Positions 1 through 10,960 are shown, counted from the stretch's first letter. The stretch is DNA of 64,000 nucleotides from Candidatus Bathyarchaeota archaeon (GCA_963706285.1 CAVPLU010000013.1:64001-128000), one strand, 5' to 3'. Numbers and translations are program-made. The notes: generated by a model not told the origin, from the letters alone.

Positions 1-92
1 TCGCTGGCACCGATGAGAGCAACCGTCTTCGGATTGAGCATTCTTCTTAATCCGTCGCTCTTCTCGGTAGAAATTATGCTCAACCGGTTCAT
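1..92 (-). CDS. N-terminus of CoA-binding / acetate-CoA ligase (ADP-forming) family protein; runs off window
   Basis: Manual translation MNRLSIISTEKSDGLRRMLNPKTVALIGAS; NPKTVALIGAS is the typical start of the CoA-binding domain. Confidence 0.65.
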   Translation of the reverse strand, partial: MNRLSIISTEKSDGLRRMLNPKTVALIGAS

Positions 93-235
93 CTCGCCTG
101 TAATTGCTTGTTGCCGCTAATGGTCGCAAATCGTCTCTTATAGAGGAACCTGACTTTCCATGACCAATTTCAAAGATGTTTTCATATTTCAATTCTTAAT
201 ACGGAGTTCACTTACCCATCCGAGCGACTTCGAAG

Positions 236-1423
236 ATGCCAAAATCCAGAGTGTTCTTCACCGACAGAAAGGCTGAGACGTACTACAACATGCTTGACAA
301 GTTGGAACACGTGCTTAGCGAACTTGGCCTTTCGCGGGCGATCAAGAGAGGAGACAAGGTGATGATTAAAACACACTTTGGTCAGTGGGGCAACACGAAC
401 TACATCCGCCCCGCATACGTCCGAAAAATAGTTGAAATTGTCAAGGCCGCAGGCGGAGAACCCTTCGTGGCTGAATCCTGCGGACTAGGTTATGGTGAAG
501 GGGGACCATATGGAGGACGAACGACCGCTCCGGAATATGTCAAGATGGCAGCATTGAACGGGTTCAGTGAGGCTACTCTGAACGCTCCGATCATAATGGC
601 TGACGGTTACTGGGGAACAGACACCTACGATGTTGCAGTTGATGGCGACTTCATCAAGAAGGTCGATGTTGCGTCTGCTGTGCTGGATTGTGATCAAGTG
701 ATAGTCCTCAGCCATGCGAAGGGGCATCTTCATGGCGGCATCGCGGGCAGCCTCAAGAATCTCGGGATCGGTTTAGTTGGCAAACGCGGCAAAGCCGCGA
801 TGCACGTCATGGGCGAGGTCAAAATTGACCCTGCCAAATGCAGAGGTCCTGAATGTTCCAAATGTCTCGATGTCTGCCCTGTCAGGTGTATCGTGATGGA
901 GGAGAAGGCGGAGATCGATTCAAGAAGATGCATCTCTTGCACTCACTGCGCAAGCGTCTGCAACAGAATTGGCGTAAAGGCAATTGCAGTCAAATGGAGG
1001 CCTGATCACGATCAGGCTCCAAGGTTTGTCGAGAACGCGGCTGGCGTGGTCAAGTCGATTGGCGCTGACAAGTTCTACTACGTCAACCTGGCAGTCGATA
1101 TCTCTGACAAATGCGACTGCTGGGACGTAGGCCCTACGCTATTGGTTCATGATATTGGAATCTTTGGATCGCGTGACCCTGTGGCTGTGGATCAAGCATG
1201 CTTTGACGCTGTCAGCAACGCAGAGCCAAATCCAGAATCAATCGTTGGCAAGTTGAAGCCTGGCGTAGACAAGTTTGCTGTAGCACATTCCTCAAAGGAC
1301 CCGAAGACCGGCAAGATGCTTCATCTTGCAGACATTCAACTGGCGCACGCCGAAAAGATGGGCCTTGGTGACAGAGATTACCAGTTGGTTACATTGACCA
1401 AGGAGCCACCGAAAAAGGCATGA
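236..1423 (+). CDS. DUF362 family Fe-S protein with 4Fe-4S ferredoxin insert
   Basis: KTHFGQWGN, HAKGH-GG-LKNLGIG motifs; CxxCxxVCP and CISCTHCASVC clusters; DIGIFGSRDPVAVDQA. Confidence 0.85.
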   Translation: MPKSRVFFTDRKAETYYNMLDKLEHVLSELGLSRAIKRGDKVMIKTHFGQWGNTNYIRPAYVRKIVEIVKAAGGEPFVAESCGLGYGEGGPYGGRTTAPEYVKMAALNGFSEATLNAPIIMADGYWGTDTYDVAVDGDFIKKVDVASAVLDCDQVIVLSHAKGHLHGGIAGSLKNLGIGLVGKRGKAAMHVMGEVKIDPAKCRGPECSKCLDVCPVRCIVMEEKAEIDSRRCISCTHCASVCNRIGVKAIAVKWRPDHDQAPRFVENAAGVVKSIGADKFYYVNLAVDISDKCDCWDVGPTLLVHDIGIFGSRDPVAVDQACFDAVSNAEPNPESIVGKLKPGVDKFAVAHSSKDPKTGKMLHLADIQLAHAEKMGLGDRDYQLVTLTKEPPKKA

Positions 1424-1481
1424 ACCTTGGTGAGAAGGATTTCTCACGCGTGCCGAAATCGATGACGGAGGAGAATGCTGA

Positions 1482-2234
1482 ATGTCGCAGTTGAGCGGGA
1501 AAGTCGCGCTCGTCACAGGAGGCGGGCGAGGCTTAGGACACGCAATGGCGCTCGCGTTTGCAGGCGCAGGAGCAGATGTAGCTGTTGCCAGCCGAACAAG
1601 AGAACAGCTGGATATAGTTGTTGAGGAGATTCGCGCAAGAGATAGACGCGGCATCGCTGTGGAGGTTGATGTGACTGATAGCGCGTCCGTTACGCGAATG
1701 GTTGAGACAACACGCGAGGAGTTCGGACGAATTGATGTTCTAGTGAACAGCGCGGGCGTGGGCTGGGTGTCACGCGTCACGCAGATGAATGATGATTTGT
1801 GGAAGCTGATTATCGATACGAACCTGACAGGGACATTCTACTGTTGTCGCGAAGTGGCGCGATTGATGATTGAACAGAAGAATGGCAGCATCATCAACAT
1901 GGCGTCGGTTGCAGGAGTTAAAGGCCCGCCGGGATTAGGTGCATATGCGGCGAGCAAGGGAGGCGTGATCGCGCTGACTCGCGTGCTTGCTCTTGAGAAC
2001 GTGCGCTTCAATGTCCGGGTGAATGCGATTGCGCCCGGCTATTTTCGAACTGATATGAATGCGGCTGCACTGGATGACCCCGAGATGGGGCCTAAGGTGA
2101 TAGGCCGTATTCCGATGCGCCGAGCTGGACGCCCGGAGGAGATTGGCCCACTCGCCGTATACCTTGCCAGTGATGATGCGTCCTATGTCACTGGAGAGGT
2201 CTATTTCATAAGCGGTGGCGAGATGGCTCAATAG
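1482..2234 (+). CDS. Short-chain dehydrogenase/reductase (FabG-like)
   Basis: TGGGRGLG, NSAG, YAASK, NAIAPG motifs. Confidence 0.92.
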   Translation: MSQLSGKVALVTGGGRGLGHAMALAFAGAGADVAVASRTREQLDIVVEEIRARDRRGIAVEVDVTDSASVTRMVETTREEFGRIDVLVNSAGVGWVSRVTQMNDDLWKLIIDTNLTGTFYCCREVARLMIEQKNGSIINMASVAGVKGPPGLGAYAASKGGVIALTRVLALENVRFNVRVNAIAPGYFRTDMNAAALDDPEMGPKVIGRIPMRRAGRPEEIGPLAVYLASDDASYVTGEVYFISGGEMAQ

Positions 2235-4256
2235 AGGAGCCAAGAATATCCTGGCTCTCTTCCATGCGAGCAAGGCAGAAGATCCGGGAGCGCAAACCAG
2301 GGGTGCGTCTCCTCTAGCAGTGCCCATTTCGCGTCAGGCTGGAGGATCTGAGGCTTTCTCGCTACATCTTCTTGCGTGCCGTTGGGTTGTCTCAGGTGCT
2401 GGTCAAAGAAATTAGCGATCAACTTCGTGATCTCAGTACGGGTTGGCCTGATTACGCCACCCACAGGAGCGAAACCATGTCCAGCATTCTTGACTATGAC
2501 CAACGTGACGGGAATACCGACGGCTCTGAGCCGTTCGTAGAGTTCCAGCGACTGACTCACAGGCACGAGCGTGTCTTTTTCACCGTGTAGAATCAAGAAC
2601 GGCGGATCGTCACTGGAGGCATAGGATACAGGACTGGCCCATTTGAGAACCTCAGATCGCTGAATCCGTGACGTTGAATACTTCTTGAAGGAGATGTGGG
2701 TTTGCGCCGTTGAAGACCTGTGTCAAATCGCTGGGACCGAACATGTCCACCACAGCCTGTACCCGGCTCGATTGGTCAATGTAGCCGCCTGAACCTTCGA
2801 AACCCGCATCCCGATCAGTCAGCCCCAAAAGAGAGACAAGGTGACCACCTGCACTGCCGCCCCAAGCTCCAATTCGCTCAGGATTCAAGCCGTACGATTG
2901 CGCATTGGCCCTCAGGAAACGAACAGCACATTTGACGTCTTCGATTTGTGCCGGGAACGTGTACTCAGGTGCGAGACGATAGTTCACAGCTGCAACGAGA
3001 TAGCCTCGTCTTACCATCTCTCCTATCTCTTGCACTCCCGCTCCCGATGCTTTGTCCCCTTTCGTCCAACCACCACCATGGACGTACAATACCGCCGGAG
3101 CCAGTCCGTTCGTATTCGTGGGACGGTAGATGTCCATCTTCAGCTGAAAACTATCACCAGTACAGTAGGCGACATCTCGTTCAACATTGGCCTGGCCAAA
3201 TGAAACTGGCGTTGCAGTATCAGCAGCGCGTGGGTCGACGCCCGGATGAGTCTTCTCCCATTGGGAGAAAGCATCTGCCATCTCCGAGAAAGTTGCCCAG
3301 CGAATCCTCCCAGCTTTTGCGAGTGGATTGATGACATCGGCTAAGAATTGGTCGACGATTGCGTAGGGTTTGGTGGAGTCGCCGCGGAACTCACCTGGAT
3401 GGATTGTAATGTGGAAGACGTTGACACGGTTTGGTTTTGCCGTCTCCAAGGACCTATTGAGGCTCTCTGCGAGGTAGTCGAAGTATGCTTGATCTCCGCC
3501 GGTCTGAGTTATCTGTCGCTTCGCAGCGAAATCTGCAGGATCGTAGGAACCATCTGGCAGGTAGATGACCTTGCCCTGCGGATCATATTTCGCAAAAGCG
3601 ACAAGACTCTGCTCGGTCGGTCCTGCCGAAGGACGCCAAGGGCTTACTCCCACGACTAGCTCGTTGGTCTGTTGCAGGTGAGGATTCTTCCAGTCGCTCA
3701 TCACGTCCAAGCCGGCGATTGCAGCCGCATCCAAGATGCCAGGGTAGAGGTTCCCACCGCTCCAGTAGCGGACCTCTGTCGCTCCTGCCATTTTGAGATA
3801 GGAGATCTCCTGAGTCATCGCCGCCGCCCATGTCTGGACCGACTGGACCTCGGGGTTCGCTCCCAGATGCGCGTCCTCATGGAAGTGAAGACCAATCTCG
3901 TGACCGGACGCCTCAAGGTCCGCAAACAGGGTCTCACCGGATCGGATTGCCACAAGAGTGAATGGTGTCTGGGCCTGAACCGTCAGTTTTGCTCCGTATC
4001 GCTCGACGATTCTGGCTAGAGTGCGTATGTCTTCAACATGATGATTGAAGAATGCTGGATCGTTGTAGTTGCCCTTGCCGGGTCTCTTGCCATCAAACGG
4101 TTCGATATGTATCCCAATGCCAACCAACAGCACGCCGTCGGAAGGAGGATTTTCTGAACCTGATGAATGTAGGCTTGTTGCTTCTATGTAGACTGCAGAT
4201 GTGATTCCTCCAATAGCAAGGGCGATTATCAACAATGCAATTGTCGTCTTGTGCAA
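2228..4256 (-). CDS. Secreted/anchored two-domain protein: deacetylase-like barrel plus alpha/beta-hydrolase esterase; frameshift near 2650
   Basis: N-terminal TM/signal; GIHIE and HEIGLHFH motifs; HGGGW and GGSAG; C-terminal ILHGEKD...NAGHGF continues in ORF 2228..2596. Confidence 0.8.
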
Positions 4257-4319
4257 TCTCTTTCCGTTCCCCTTCTTGGTTCTGTGGTTTCGATGATGAT
4301 GCAGAGACTTAAAGGGCGA

Positions 4320-4452
4320 ATGAACGAATCATCCTTCCCGAACTGCTGAACTGGATTTTCAGGTAGGCGTAGAAGCGCGACACGTCTTCAAGCAGCTTCA
4401 TCTTGCGGTTCTCGCCTAGCTCCGCGTTGGCTAGGAAGTAATTAACGGACTC
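4320..4452 (-). pseudogene. Tyrosine integrase N-terminal remnant
   Basis: Translation EESVNYFLANAELGENRKMKLLEDVSRFYAYLKIQF is homologous to the remnant at 29013-29340 (ESVKSYL-NVEPGENRKTKLLEDASRFYAHLMIPF). Confidence 0.75.
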
Positions 4453-4491
4453 CTCGAAGTGCGCAGTTGGGATTCGCGCACCAGCCTGCCA
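4453..4491 (-). repeat. Degenerate att site: decayed copy of tRNA-Leu 3' end
   Basis: ctcgaagtgcgcagttgggattcgcgcaccagcctgcca versus ctcaaagtgcggggggtgggattcgaacccacgaaggcctacgcca at 29362-29407. Confidence 0.65.
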
Positions 4492-4692
4492 GTATCGAGT
4501 ATCTCATATCTGGGGAGGCTGTTCCAATACCTGCAGGCGTTCGAATCTGATGGGTCCGCCATCTCCTTGACCAAGAAATCGCCTTCAACTTTCGTCACGC
4601 GCAATTTCTTATGTGAGTAGACGTGGTCTTTTCTCTAGGTCGGTTTTTTATCGCCAGTCTGACTCTAGCATACGCGTGAGGCGAGTGGCGTT

Positions 4693-4905
4693 ATGTCGGA
4701 AAAGGAGTATGATGTTCGGGTAGAGGGGAACCTTGAGATAATCAAGGGGCTGCTTGAGCAAGGGTACGAATACATTTGCGACTTCCAGGACGGGCCCATT
4801 GCTCTCAAAATGTTCAGGAGGAGCGTTGGCGTTCGTGAGAAGGCTCTTCATAGTGAGGGCGCAGGCTCGGACAAGACGACTAGACGAAAAGGCAGTCGAT
4901 TCTAG
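4693..4905 (+). CDS. Small protein resembling the C-terminal tail motif of Bathyarchaeia tyrosine recombinases
   Basis: EYDVRVEGNLEIIKGLLEQGYEYICDFQDG..KMFRR resembles the EEYxVKVA...L(I/L)ExGFEYV.D..G.KIFRK tail (recalled motif). Confidence 0.5.
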   Translation: MSEKEYDVRVEGNLEIIKGLLEQGYEYICDFQDGPIALKMFRRSVGVREKALHSEGAGSDKTTRRKGSRF

Positions 4906-5141
4906 AAGAACGCTCATTCATGCTATTGTAATTGGCTCCGCTTAGCAGAGCGGTGGTGACGGATTCAACAAGGACAACACGTTGAGGCTACAGGCTTGAA
5001 TCGCAGCCATATCTCTGAGATCGCACTTTGAAGCTCTTCCTGACCATCTTTTTCCGAGTCTGAGTTGGCCTGCGAGAGTTGTATTTTCCCGGCGATAGCC
5101 ATTTCACTGTTGCACCTCTACTTCATCCTAGCATTCTCGCT

Positions 5142-7331
5142 TCATGCTTGCACTTTGCCATGCAAGTGTGATAGGCCGTGTTGTGTTTTCTCCCAGTAGA
5201 ACGGCTTTGTGACCAGTTGTATTACTCCTCTCCAGTCTCCGATACTTATCAGCACCCAGTAGAGTGGAATGATGAATGCAAAAGGAATTGATGTGTAGTT
5301 CTTCTTTACGACATACGGGCCCATGTGTAGGAGAATGAAGACACCGTTCCCAATGATGAGATTGAAGATGCAGATGTACACTATTGGATAGAAGAATAGG
5401 AAGTCGAACATTCCTGGGCTCAGCAGAGTCAGTGCCGTGACGGCCCACAATAGCGGATTAATCAAGGGAAGGAATATGTTTCCACCGAATGTCAGTTGGA
5501 AGTAGAAGAACTGTTTCCAGCCCATTTCTCGAAGCAATTTTCGTGGATGTCTCATATGAACTAGGTAGGTCTGTATGTATCCCTTGTTCCACCTGGATCT
5601 CTGCTTGATCCAGTTGCCGAGCTTGTTGTTTGCCTCCTCGTACGTGTACGAATTGAGCATGGCCGTCTTCAGTTTCTTTCTGGAGATTCTAACACCAAGA
5701 TCAGCATCCTCAGTGACATTGTATGGGTCCCAGCCACCGAGCTCACGTAGTTGCTTGGTTCTGAAGTGGTTGCTAGTGCCGCCTAGGGGAAGGGGCGCAC
5801 CCACGTGATCTAACCCGTCCAGGTAGTAATCATACCAGAATGAGTATTCCAGGGAGAACCACCTTGTGAGCAGGTTCTCTTTCGAATTGTAGAAATTCAG
5901 CCGAGACTGAAGGCAGACAACGTCTTCTCCGGCGCGAGAAAACGCAATGGCAGCTTTCTTCAACTGGTCAGGGTCAGGGTCATCCTCGGCATCGTATATG
6001 ACACAGTACTTCCCCTTCGCCCTCTGCAACCCATAATTGCATGCCCGTGGCTTCGTCTTGATCTCAGCGTCAGGGACGACAACTGCATCGAACACTCGCA
6101 GCGACTCCAAGTATTGTGTCATGAGCTCGTCGAGGCTACCCTTCAACAGGACTACATCGTCAGCCGAATCAACAAAGCTCTCTGGGATCTCCATTGTCTC
6201 ACCGCCGTTGCACTTCACTGCCAGGACCAATCCAGAGTTGCCTCTGGTGGCTCCCTTGACGCCTTCGAGCATACCTATTGTGTTCGCATTTCCATCTATC
6301 ACCCTCATAGAAGGTTGCAGTTTATTCATAGGGATCGATATCGTCCCCTGCTTGGCTAGGATGATTGGAGCGATCACGGCTTCCGGCTTGCCGAATAGTC
6401 CAAGTCTCTTCGCTTCATCAATTGTCTCCGTATCAGTCTCTTCCATCAGAATCTTGACGTCCAGCTTCTCGTGGGGGTAGTCGATTTTGTACACGTTCTC
6501 AATTATGTGTGATAGAATCCTTGCTTCATGATAGATAGGGATCAAAATCGTGTAGACCGGAAGATCCTCCTCAACCAGTTCTTTCAAGTCCTTGTCGGAT
6601 ACGCGTACCGATCTTCTGGAACCTCTGAATCCTCTAAATGAGACGTAGAACTTGATGGGGCTCACACCGAAGTAGAGTACGTTTATGGTAGCGAACACCA
6701 CGATGAATGAGACCGGATAATTCACGATGAAGAGTACCGCAAGGAACAGCCCAAGCCCAATAATGAAGCGTCTCTGCCATGGATAGAGAACGCGATGGGC
6801 GGACTCGTCTGGGCTACGATAACGAAGGTCAAGTAGCGCTCGGTCTTTGTGGATTTCGCGATATCCCTTCCCAACAGCGTGTTCAACACCGTCAATGGAG
6901 GTGACGCACAGTTCCACTTTGGCATGAAGTATTTCCTCCAGCATCGTGAGGAATCCTTCGTTGAGAGGATTCGCGGTAGCAATCCTTACTCTCCCATTTG
7001 ACAGATCCAACGGCAAAGCCAGATTCTCAAGCAACACTTTGTAGGGGAGCGTTGCTGCCAGCTCAGAGTTCTCTTCGATTTGATCACCGTGAATGAATGG
7101 AACACCTAGCTCACGAGCAAGGTCAGCAAAGAAGCGTTCATTCACCTTGATTTTGTGTGCCTGCAAAGCAAATATGAGGTTCTGTTCGGTCACATTGGAG
7201 CCATCTAGGAAGCTCAGATCTTCGCTGCAATACTCTCTCAGTTTGTCAATTAGCCAGCGTTTCCTGATTGTTGTAGCGACCTGCAAGTTTATTCTCGCCT
7301 CTCTACGAGCGAAGTTGCGCTCTTGTGGCAT
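5142..7331 (-). CDS. Processive GT2 glycosyltransferase with N-terminal MshEN (GspE_N-like) domain and internal PRC-barrel-like insert
   Basis: TKPRACNYG, IYDAED, TEDADLG, QRSRW motifs; LARELGVPF...IATANP N-domain; C-terminal TMs and WEKTQHG. Confidence 0.88.
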   Translation of the reverse strand: MPQERNFARREARINLQVATTIRKRWLIDKLREYCSEDLSFLDGSNVTEQNLIFALQAHKIKVNERFFADLARELGVPFIHGDQIEENSELAATLPYKVLLENLALPLDLSNGRVRIATANPLNEGFLTMLEEILHAKVELCVTSIDGVEHAVGKGYREIHKDRALLDLRYRSPDESAHRVLYPWQRRFIIGLGLFLAVLFIVNYPVSFIVVFATINVLYFGVSPIKFYVSFRGFRGSRRSVRVSDKDLKELVEEDLPVYTILIPIYHEARILSHIIENVYKIDYPHEKLDVKILMEETDTETIDEAKRLGLFGKPEAVIAPIILAKQGTISIPMNKLQPSMRVIDGNANTIGMLEGVKGATRGNSGLVLAVKCNGGETMEIPESFVDSADDVVLLKGSLDELMTQYLESLRVFDAVVVPDAEIKTKPRACNYGLQRAKGKYCVIYDAEDDPDPDQLKKAAIAFSRAGEDVVCLQSRLNFYNSKENLLTRWFSLEYSFWYDYYLDGLDHVGAPLPLGGTSNHFRTKQLRELGGWDPYNVTEDADLGVRISRKKLKTAMLNSYTYEEANNKLGNWIKQRSRWNKGYIQTYLVHMRHPRKLLREMGWKQFFYFQLTFGGNIFLPLINPLLWAVTALTLLSPGMFDFLFFYPIVYICIFNLIIGNGVFILLHMGPYVVKKNYTSIPFAFIIPLYWVLISIGDWRGVIQLVTKPFYWEKTQHGLSHLHGKVQA

Positions 7332-7813
7332 GCAATTGAGACAAGCGATTTCGTTTCGACTACGCCATCTATGTGGGACAAGGCCTCAAGGATCCGATCG
7401 AGTCTGTCTTGTTCGACTATGAGTACGACGTCCGCGTCTCCGGTGACTCTGAAAATCTCGGTGACAGGTAGCTCGTCGATCCTCTGAATTGCCTCGGACC
7501 TTTTCTGAGGCAAGATTCTGACATTCAGAATTACTGGGGCCGTTCGATATCCGACTGCTTCCAAGCCTTCTTTGGTCACGTTTATGAAGCCACGACCGAC
7601 TTGGATAAGGCCGGACTCTCGGAGTTTCTTGAAATGAAGGCTGAGTGCCTGGCGAGTGATCTGTAACTCCTTAGCTAGCTCGACTTGTCCGATGGACACA
7701 TTGTAGACAGTCTTTCTATGTCCATTCTGAAGGAGCAAATTTAGAATCTGTAGAGACTTTGAGGTCGGGAACCTCAAGGAGAGATTTGGTGCAGCGCTCA
7801 TTTGTGCCTTCAA
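7289..7813 (-). CDS. Lrp/AsnC-family HTH regulator
   Basis: QVELAKELQITRQALSLHFKKLRESGLI HTH; RVTGDADVVLIV...IDGVVETKS RAM domain. Confidence 0.85.
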   Translation of the reverse strand: MKAQMSAAPNLSLRFPTSKSLQILNLLLQNGHRKTVYNVSIGQVELAKELQITRQALSLHFKKLRESGLIQVGRGFINVTKEGLEAVGYRTAPVILNVRILPQKRSEAIQRIDELPVTEIFRVTGDADVVLIVEQDRLDRILEALSHIDGVVETKSLVSIACHKSATSLVERRE

Positions 7814-8021
7814 ACAAGAGCTTGCCTTTGTAAAGGCTACCCTTGCTTTCGTCGTGAGAGATTTCAGTAATGGTCAAGGCGTTTCGCTAGTATAGCCGCA
7901 TCTGCGCTCGACAATAGCACACTGTCACTACAATGGGTCAAGTTGGAGGACAGCGGATAGAACTGCCAGGGGACCATACTCTGCCATAGAGACAACGAAG
8001 CGAAGGGATTGAGATAGTGGG

Positions 8022-8457
8022 TTGAACAAGATCCTAGTTGTGGATGATGAATTCATACTTCGAGACTTGATGCGGACAATTCTAGAAGAGGAAGGGTACA
8101 GAGTGATCACAGCGTCTGATGGAGAGGAGGCACTAACGAAGGCGGACAATGAGCTGCCCGACTTAATCATATTGGATTTGATGATGCCAGGGAAGAGTGG
8201 TCTAGAGGTCTGCAAGATCCTGAAAGGTCAAGACCAAGACGAAGCACATCCCAGTCGTGATGGCCACTGTTCTTGGCCGCGAAGTTGATAGGACCTTGAC
8301 GAAAGCGGCTGGAGCTGACGCGCACTTCATGAAGCCCTTCAGCGCTTTCGCGCTTTTGACTGAAGTCAGACGACAGCTTGACAATGCAAAGGAATCGAAG
8401 TCCCTCAAAGAATTGGGAAGACCCCTGTCGTTGAACAGCATCGCGATGAACGCTTGA
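8022..8457 (+). CDS. Response regulator receiver protein; frameshift near 8228
   Basis: ILVVDDE, LDLMMPG, then IPVVMAT...GADAHFMKPF in the second frame. Confidence 0.85.
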
Positions 8458-8709
8458 GCGTCGCATGTCACAATCTCGCTTCACCGGTTTAGCAATCGAA
8501 CCTCCAGACCGCCAACGGGTTGCGCAAAACACGACACGGCTGGTATTCGACCCAGGAATAGCCTCGGATCCTCGTACCGAATCCGTCTGCACTTGATTCA
8601 GAAGACGCTTACGACCTGGGAGGCTTCAGCACGCATGCGACCTACTGAAAACAACGGATAACTAACCTTACAACGTAGCCCCTCAACGACGTACTATCGG
8701 GCACGACTT

Positions 8710-10101
8710 ATGGCTTCAAGACTCCAGATAGGGGAAGACAAGGACAAGAAGGAAGTCATTGACCTTCTGCGCAAACACATTGCATCGGAAGGGGAGAAAG
8801 TCGGGCTATATGAGGAGACAGTGAGGGACATAAAGAGCAGCCCCGTAATGCACCTGCTACATACTCTGCGTCTCGACTCGAGAAAGCACATCGAGATATG
8901 TCAAGCAGTCATCGAGGTGCTGGAAGGACAGGATTGGCTTCCGCCGGACAAAAAGGAACTCGTCGAGCACCTACAGCGCCACGTCAATGCCGAGAAGGAT
9001 GCCATCGACAGGGCGAACAGAATCCTCGAAAATATTTGGATACAGAAAACATCGGTTCTGAAGGAACTCATTGAATCACTCAGGGATGACGAGGTAGGGC
9101 ATTACAACACACTGAAAGACCTCGGAATCCGAACAATCGAAGGCACAAAGCACGTCCACCGAGACGAAATGAAGCACATAACACTTGAGCGGCACCCATT
9201 GAACCCGCTGATAACTCCGCGACCTGGCATAAGCTGGGAAGAGAAGGGAACCTTGAACCCTGGCGGGGTCTTCGCGGATGGGATCTTCCACATATTCTAC
9301 AGAGCCTTCAGCGCACAGAACACGTCCTCCATTGGATACTGTGCGATAAGCTCAGATGTGCGAATGATCGAGAGGCCAGACCATCCTATCATGGCTCCAG
9401 AGTACGAGTGGGAGGAGCATGGATGCGAGGATCCAAGAGTGACCAAGATCGGCGAGACGTATTACATGACGTACACAGCATATTCGAGGAGAGGCCCAAG
9501 GATCGCCCTGGCGTCAAGCAGTGATCTCAAGACATTCAAGAAGATTGGTGTCATAGGGCCTGATCTGGACGACAAAGACGCCGTACTATTTCCTGAGGTG
9601 ATCGATGGCAAGATCGTGCTAATTCATAGGATCGAGCCCGCAATGCAAGTCGCCTTCATTGATCACTCCAAGTTCGAAAAGATGTCAGATCCTCAACTCC
9701 GGTCTGAGTATTGGACACAGTACAGCCTACAGCACCTTTCTGATCCCAGCGTACATGCTTTGATGAAACCAACAGAATGGTGGGAAGAGAAGAAGTTGGG
9801 TGCAGGCCCACCTCCGATCAAGACTCCCAAAGGATGGCTGATCATCTACCATGGTGTTGACAACAGCCTCATCTACAGAGCAGGAGCCGCCCTAGCAGAT
9901 CTTGAGAACCCCTCGAGAATCATCGCGAAATCGAAGACTCCAATTCTCGAGCCGAAAGAGTTCTACGAAATGAGCGGGTTCGTCCGTCGCGTCGTGTTCC
10001 CTGAAGCTGCGATGATCCAAGATGGTGTATTGTACGTGTTCTATGGCGGTGGTGACTCAGTCTCATGCCTTGCAACTGCTTCGCTAGACGACGATCATTA
10101 A
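8710..10101 (+). CDS. Ferritin-like domain fused to GH130 glycosidase/mannoside phosphorylase
   Basis: N-terminal four-helix repeats with DSRKH/DEVGH; GCEDPRVT, DKDAVLFP, GAGPPP, WLIIYHGV, VVFP GH130 motifs. Confidence 0.85.
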   Translation: MASRLQIGEDKDKKEVIDLLRKHIASEGEKVGLYEETVRDIKSSPVMHLLHTLRLDSRKHIEICQAVIEVLEGQDWLPPDKKELVEHLQRHVNAEKDAIDRANRILENIWIQKTSVLKELIESLRDDEVGHYNTLKDLGIRTIEGTKHVHRDEMKHITLERHPLNPLITPRPGISWEEKGTLNPGGVFADGIFHIFYRAFSAQNTSSIGYCAISSDVRMIERPDHPIMAPEYEWEEHGCEDPRVTKIGETYYMTYTAYSRRGPRIALASSSDLKTFKKIGVIGPDLDDKDAVLFPEVIDGKIVLIHRIEPAMQVAFIDHSKFEKMSDPQLRSEYWTQYSLQHLSDPSVHALMKPTEWWEEKKLGAGPPPIKTPKGWLIIYHGVDNSLIYRAGAALADLENPSRIIAKSKTPILEPKEFYEMSGFVRRVVFPEAAMIQDGVLYVFYGGGDSVSCLATASLDDDH

Positions 10102-10237
10102 CTCGCTTCAGAAGATCTGAAAAATGCTGTTGTTGCAGCCTGTGAGATGCTGATACGAGTGCACGTTCCACACTCGCCATTGCAGAGAGAAAGCAAGAAA
10201 AGAGGCACTGACCTTAGGTGTCAGGGGCGTTCCTAGC

Positions 10238-10690
10238 GTGGAGCAAAGAGCCATTCTGATCGTAGATGATGATGAGATCATCCTAGAGACCCTCAGAGAT
10301 TTCTTACAATCCAAGGGCTATGCGGTTGCAACAGCCGCTACAGCAAAAGAAGCAATGGAGAAATCCAGGTCCAGGAATTTCAACCTCGCCTTACTAGACA
10401 TCAAGCTCCCTGATATGGAAGGCACGGAACTATTGCGGAAACTCCACAGCGTGACGCCAAGAATGATGAAGGTAATGATCACAGCCCATGGCACTCTAAA
10501 GAACGCAGTTGACTCCGTGAACTTTGGCGCTGACGGATACTTGTTGAAACCGATCAATCAAGGAGAGCTACTCAAGATTGTAGAAAGCAAGTTGAGAGAA
10601 CAGTACGCGACTGAAACAATGAGCGAAGATCAAGTTGCAGAATGGATCCGTACGAGGCTACAGAAGCTGGAGCAGAATCAACAGCCCTAG
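10238..10690 (+). CDS. Response regulator receiver protein
   Basis: ILIVDDD, LLDIKLPDMEG, GADGYLLKP. Confidence 0.92.
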   Translation: MEQRAILIVDDDEIILETLRDFLQSKGYAVATAATAKEAMEKSRSRNFNLALLDIKLPDMEGTELLRKLHSVTPRMMKVMITAHGTLKNAVDSVNFGADGYLLKPINQGELLKIVESKLREQYATETMSEDQVAEWIRTRLQKLEQNQQP

Positions 10691-10701
10691 ATTATCCTGG
10701 A

Positions 10702-10754
10702 TTGACCTTCTCCTCGACTGAAGTCGGAGCTTGCGCTCGCCCAGTTATGGTCAA
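10702..10754. repeat. 53-bp palindromic element, copy 1 (IS200/IS605-end / PATE-like)
   Basis: ttgaccttctcctcgactgaagtcggagcttgcgctcgcccagttatggtcaa; hairpin CGACT-GA-AGTCG. Confidence 0.7.
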
Positions 10755-10960
10755 CATGACTTCCGCTGCAACTCACCCATCATGTGACAATTTGATCGAT
10801 GGCTAGTTGAGAATACATGGAGGTTCAAACACCCCTCGGTCACAACCTTCTTGGGCCTCCGTATAAGACGCGTGGGGATCATCGGAGTCTCGGCAAAGTA
10901 TCTATGAGCGCCGCACCATATACGGCCAAAGACAGCTCGACATGTAGCTGGAATTCGTTG

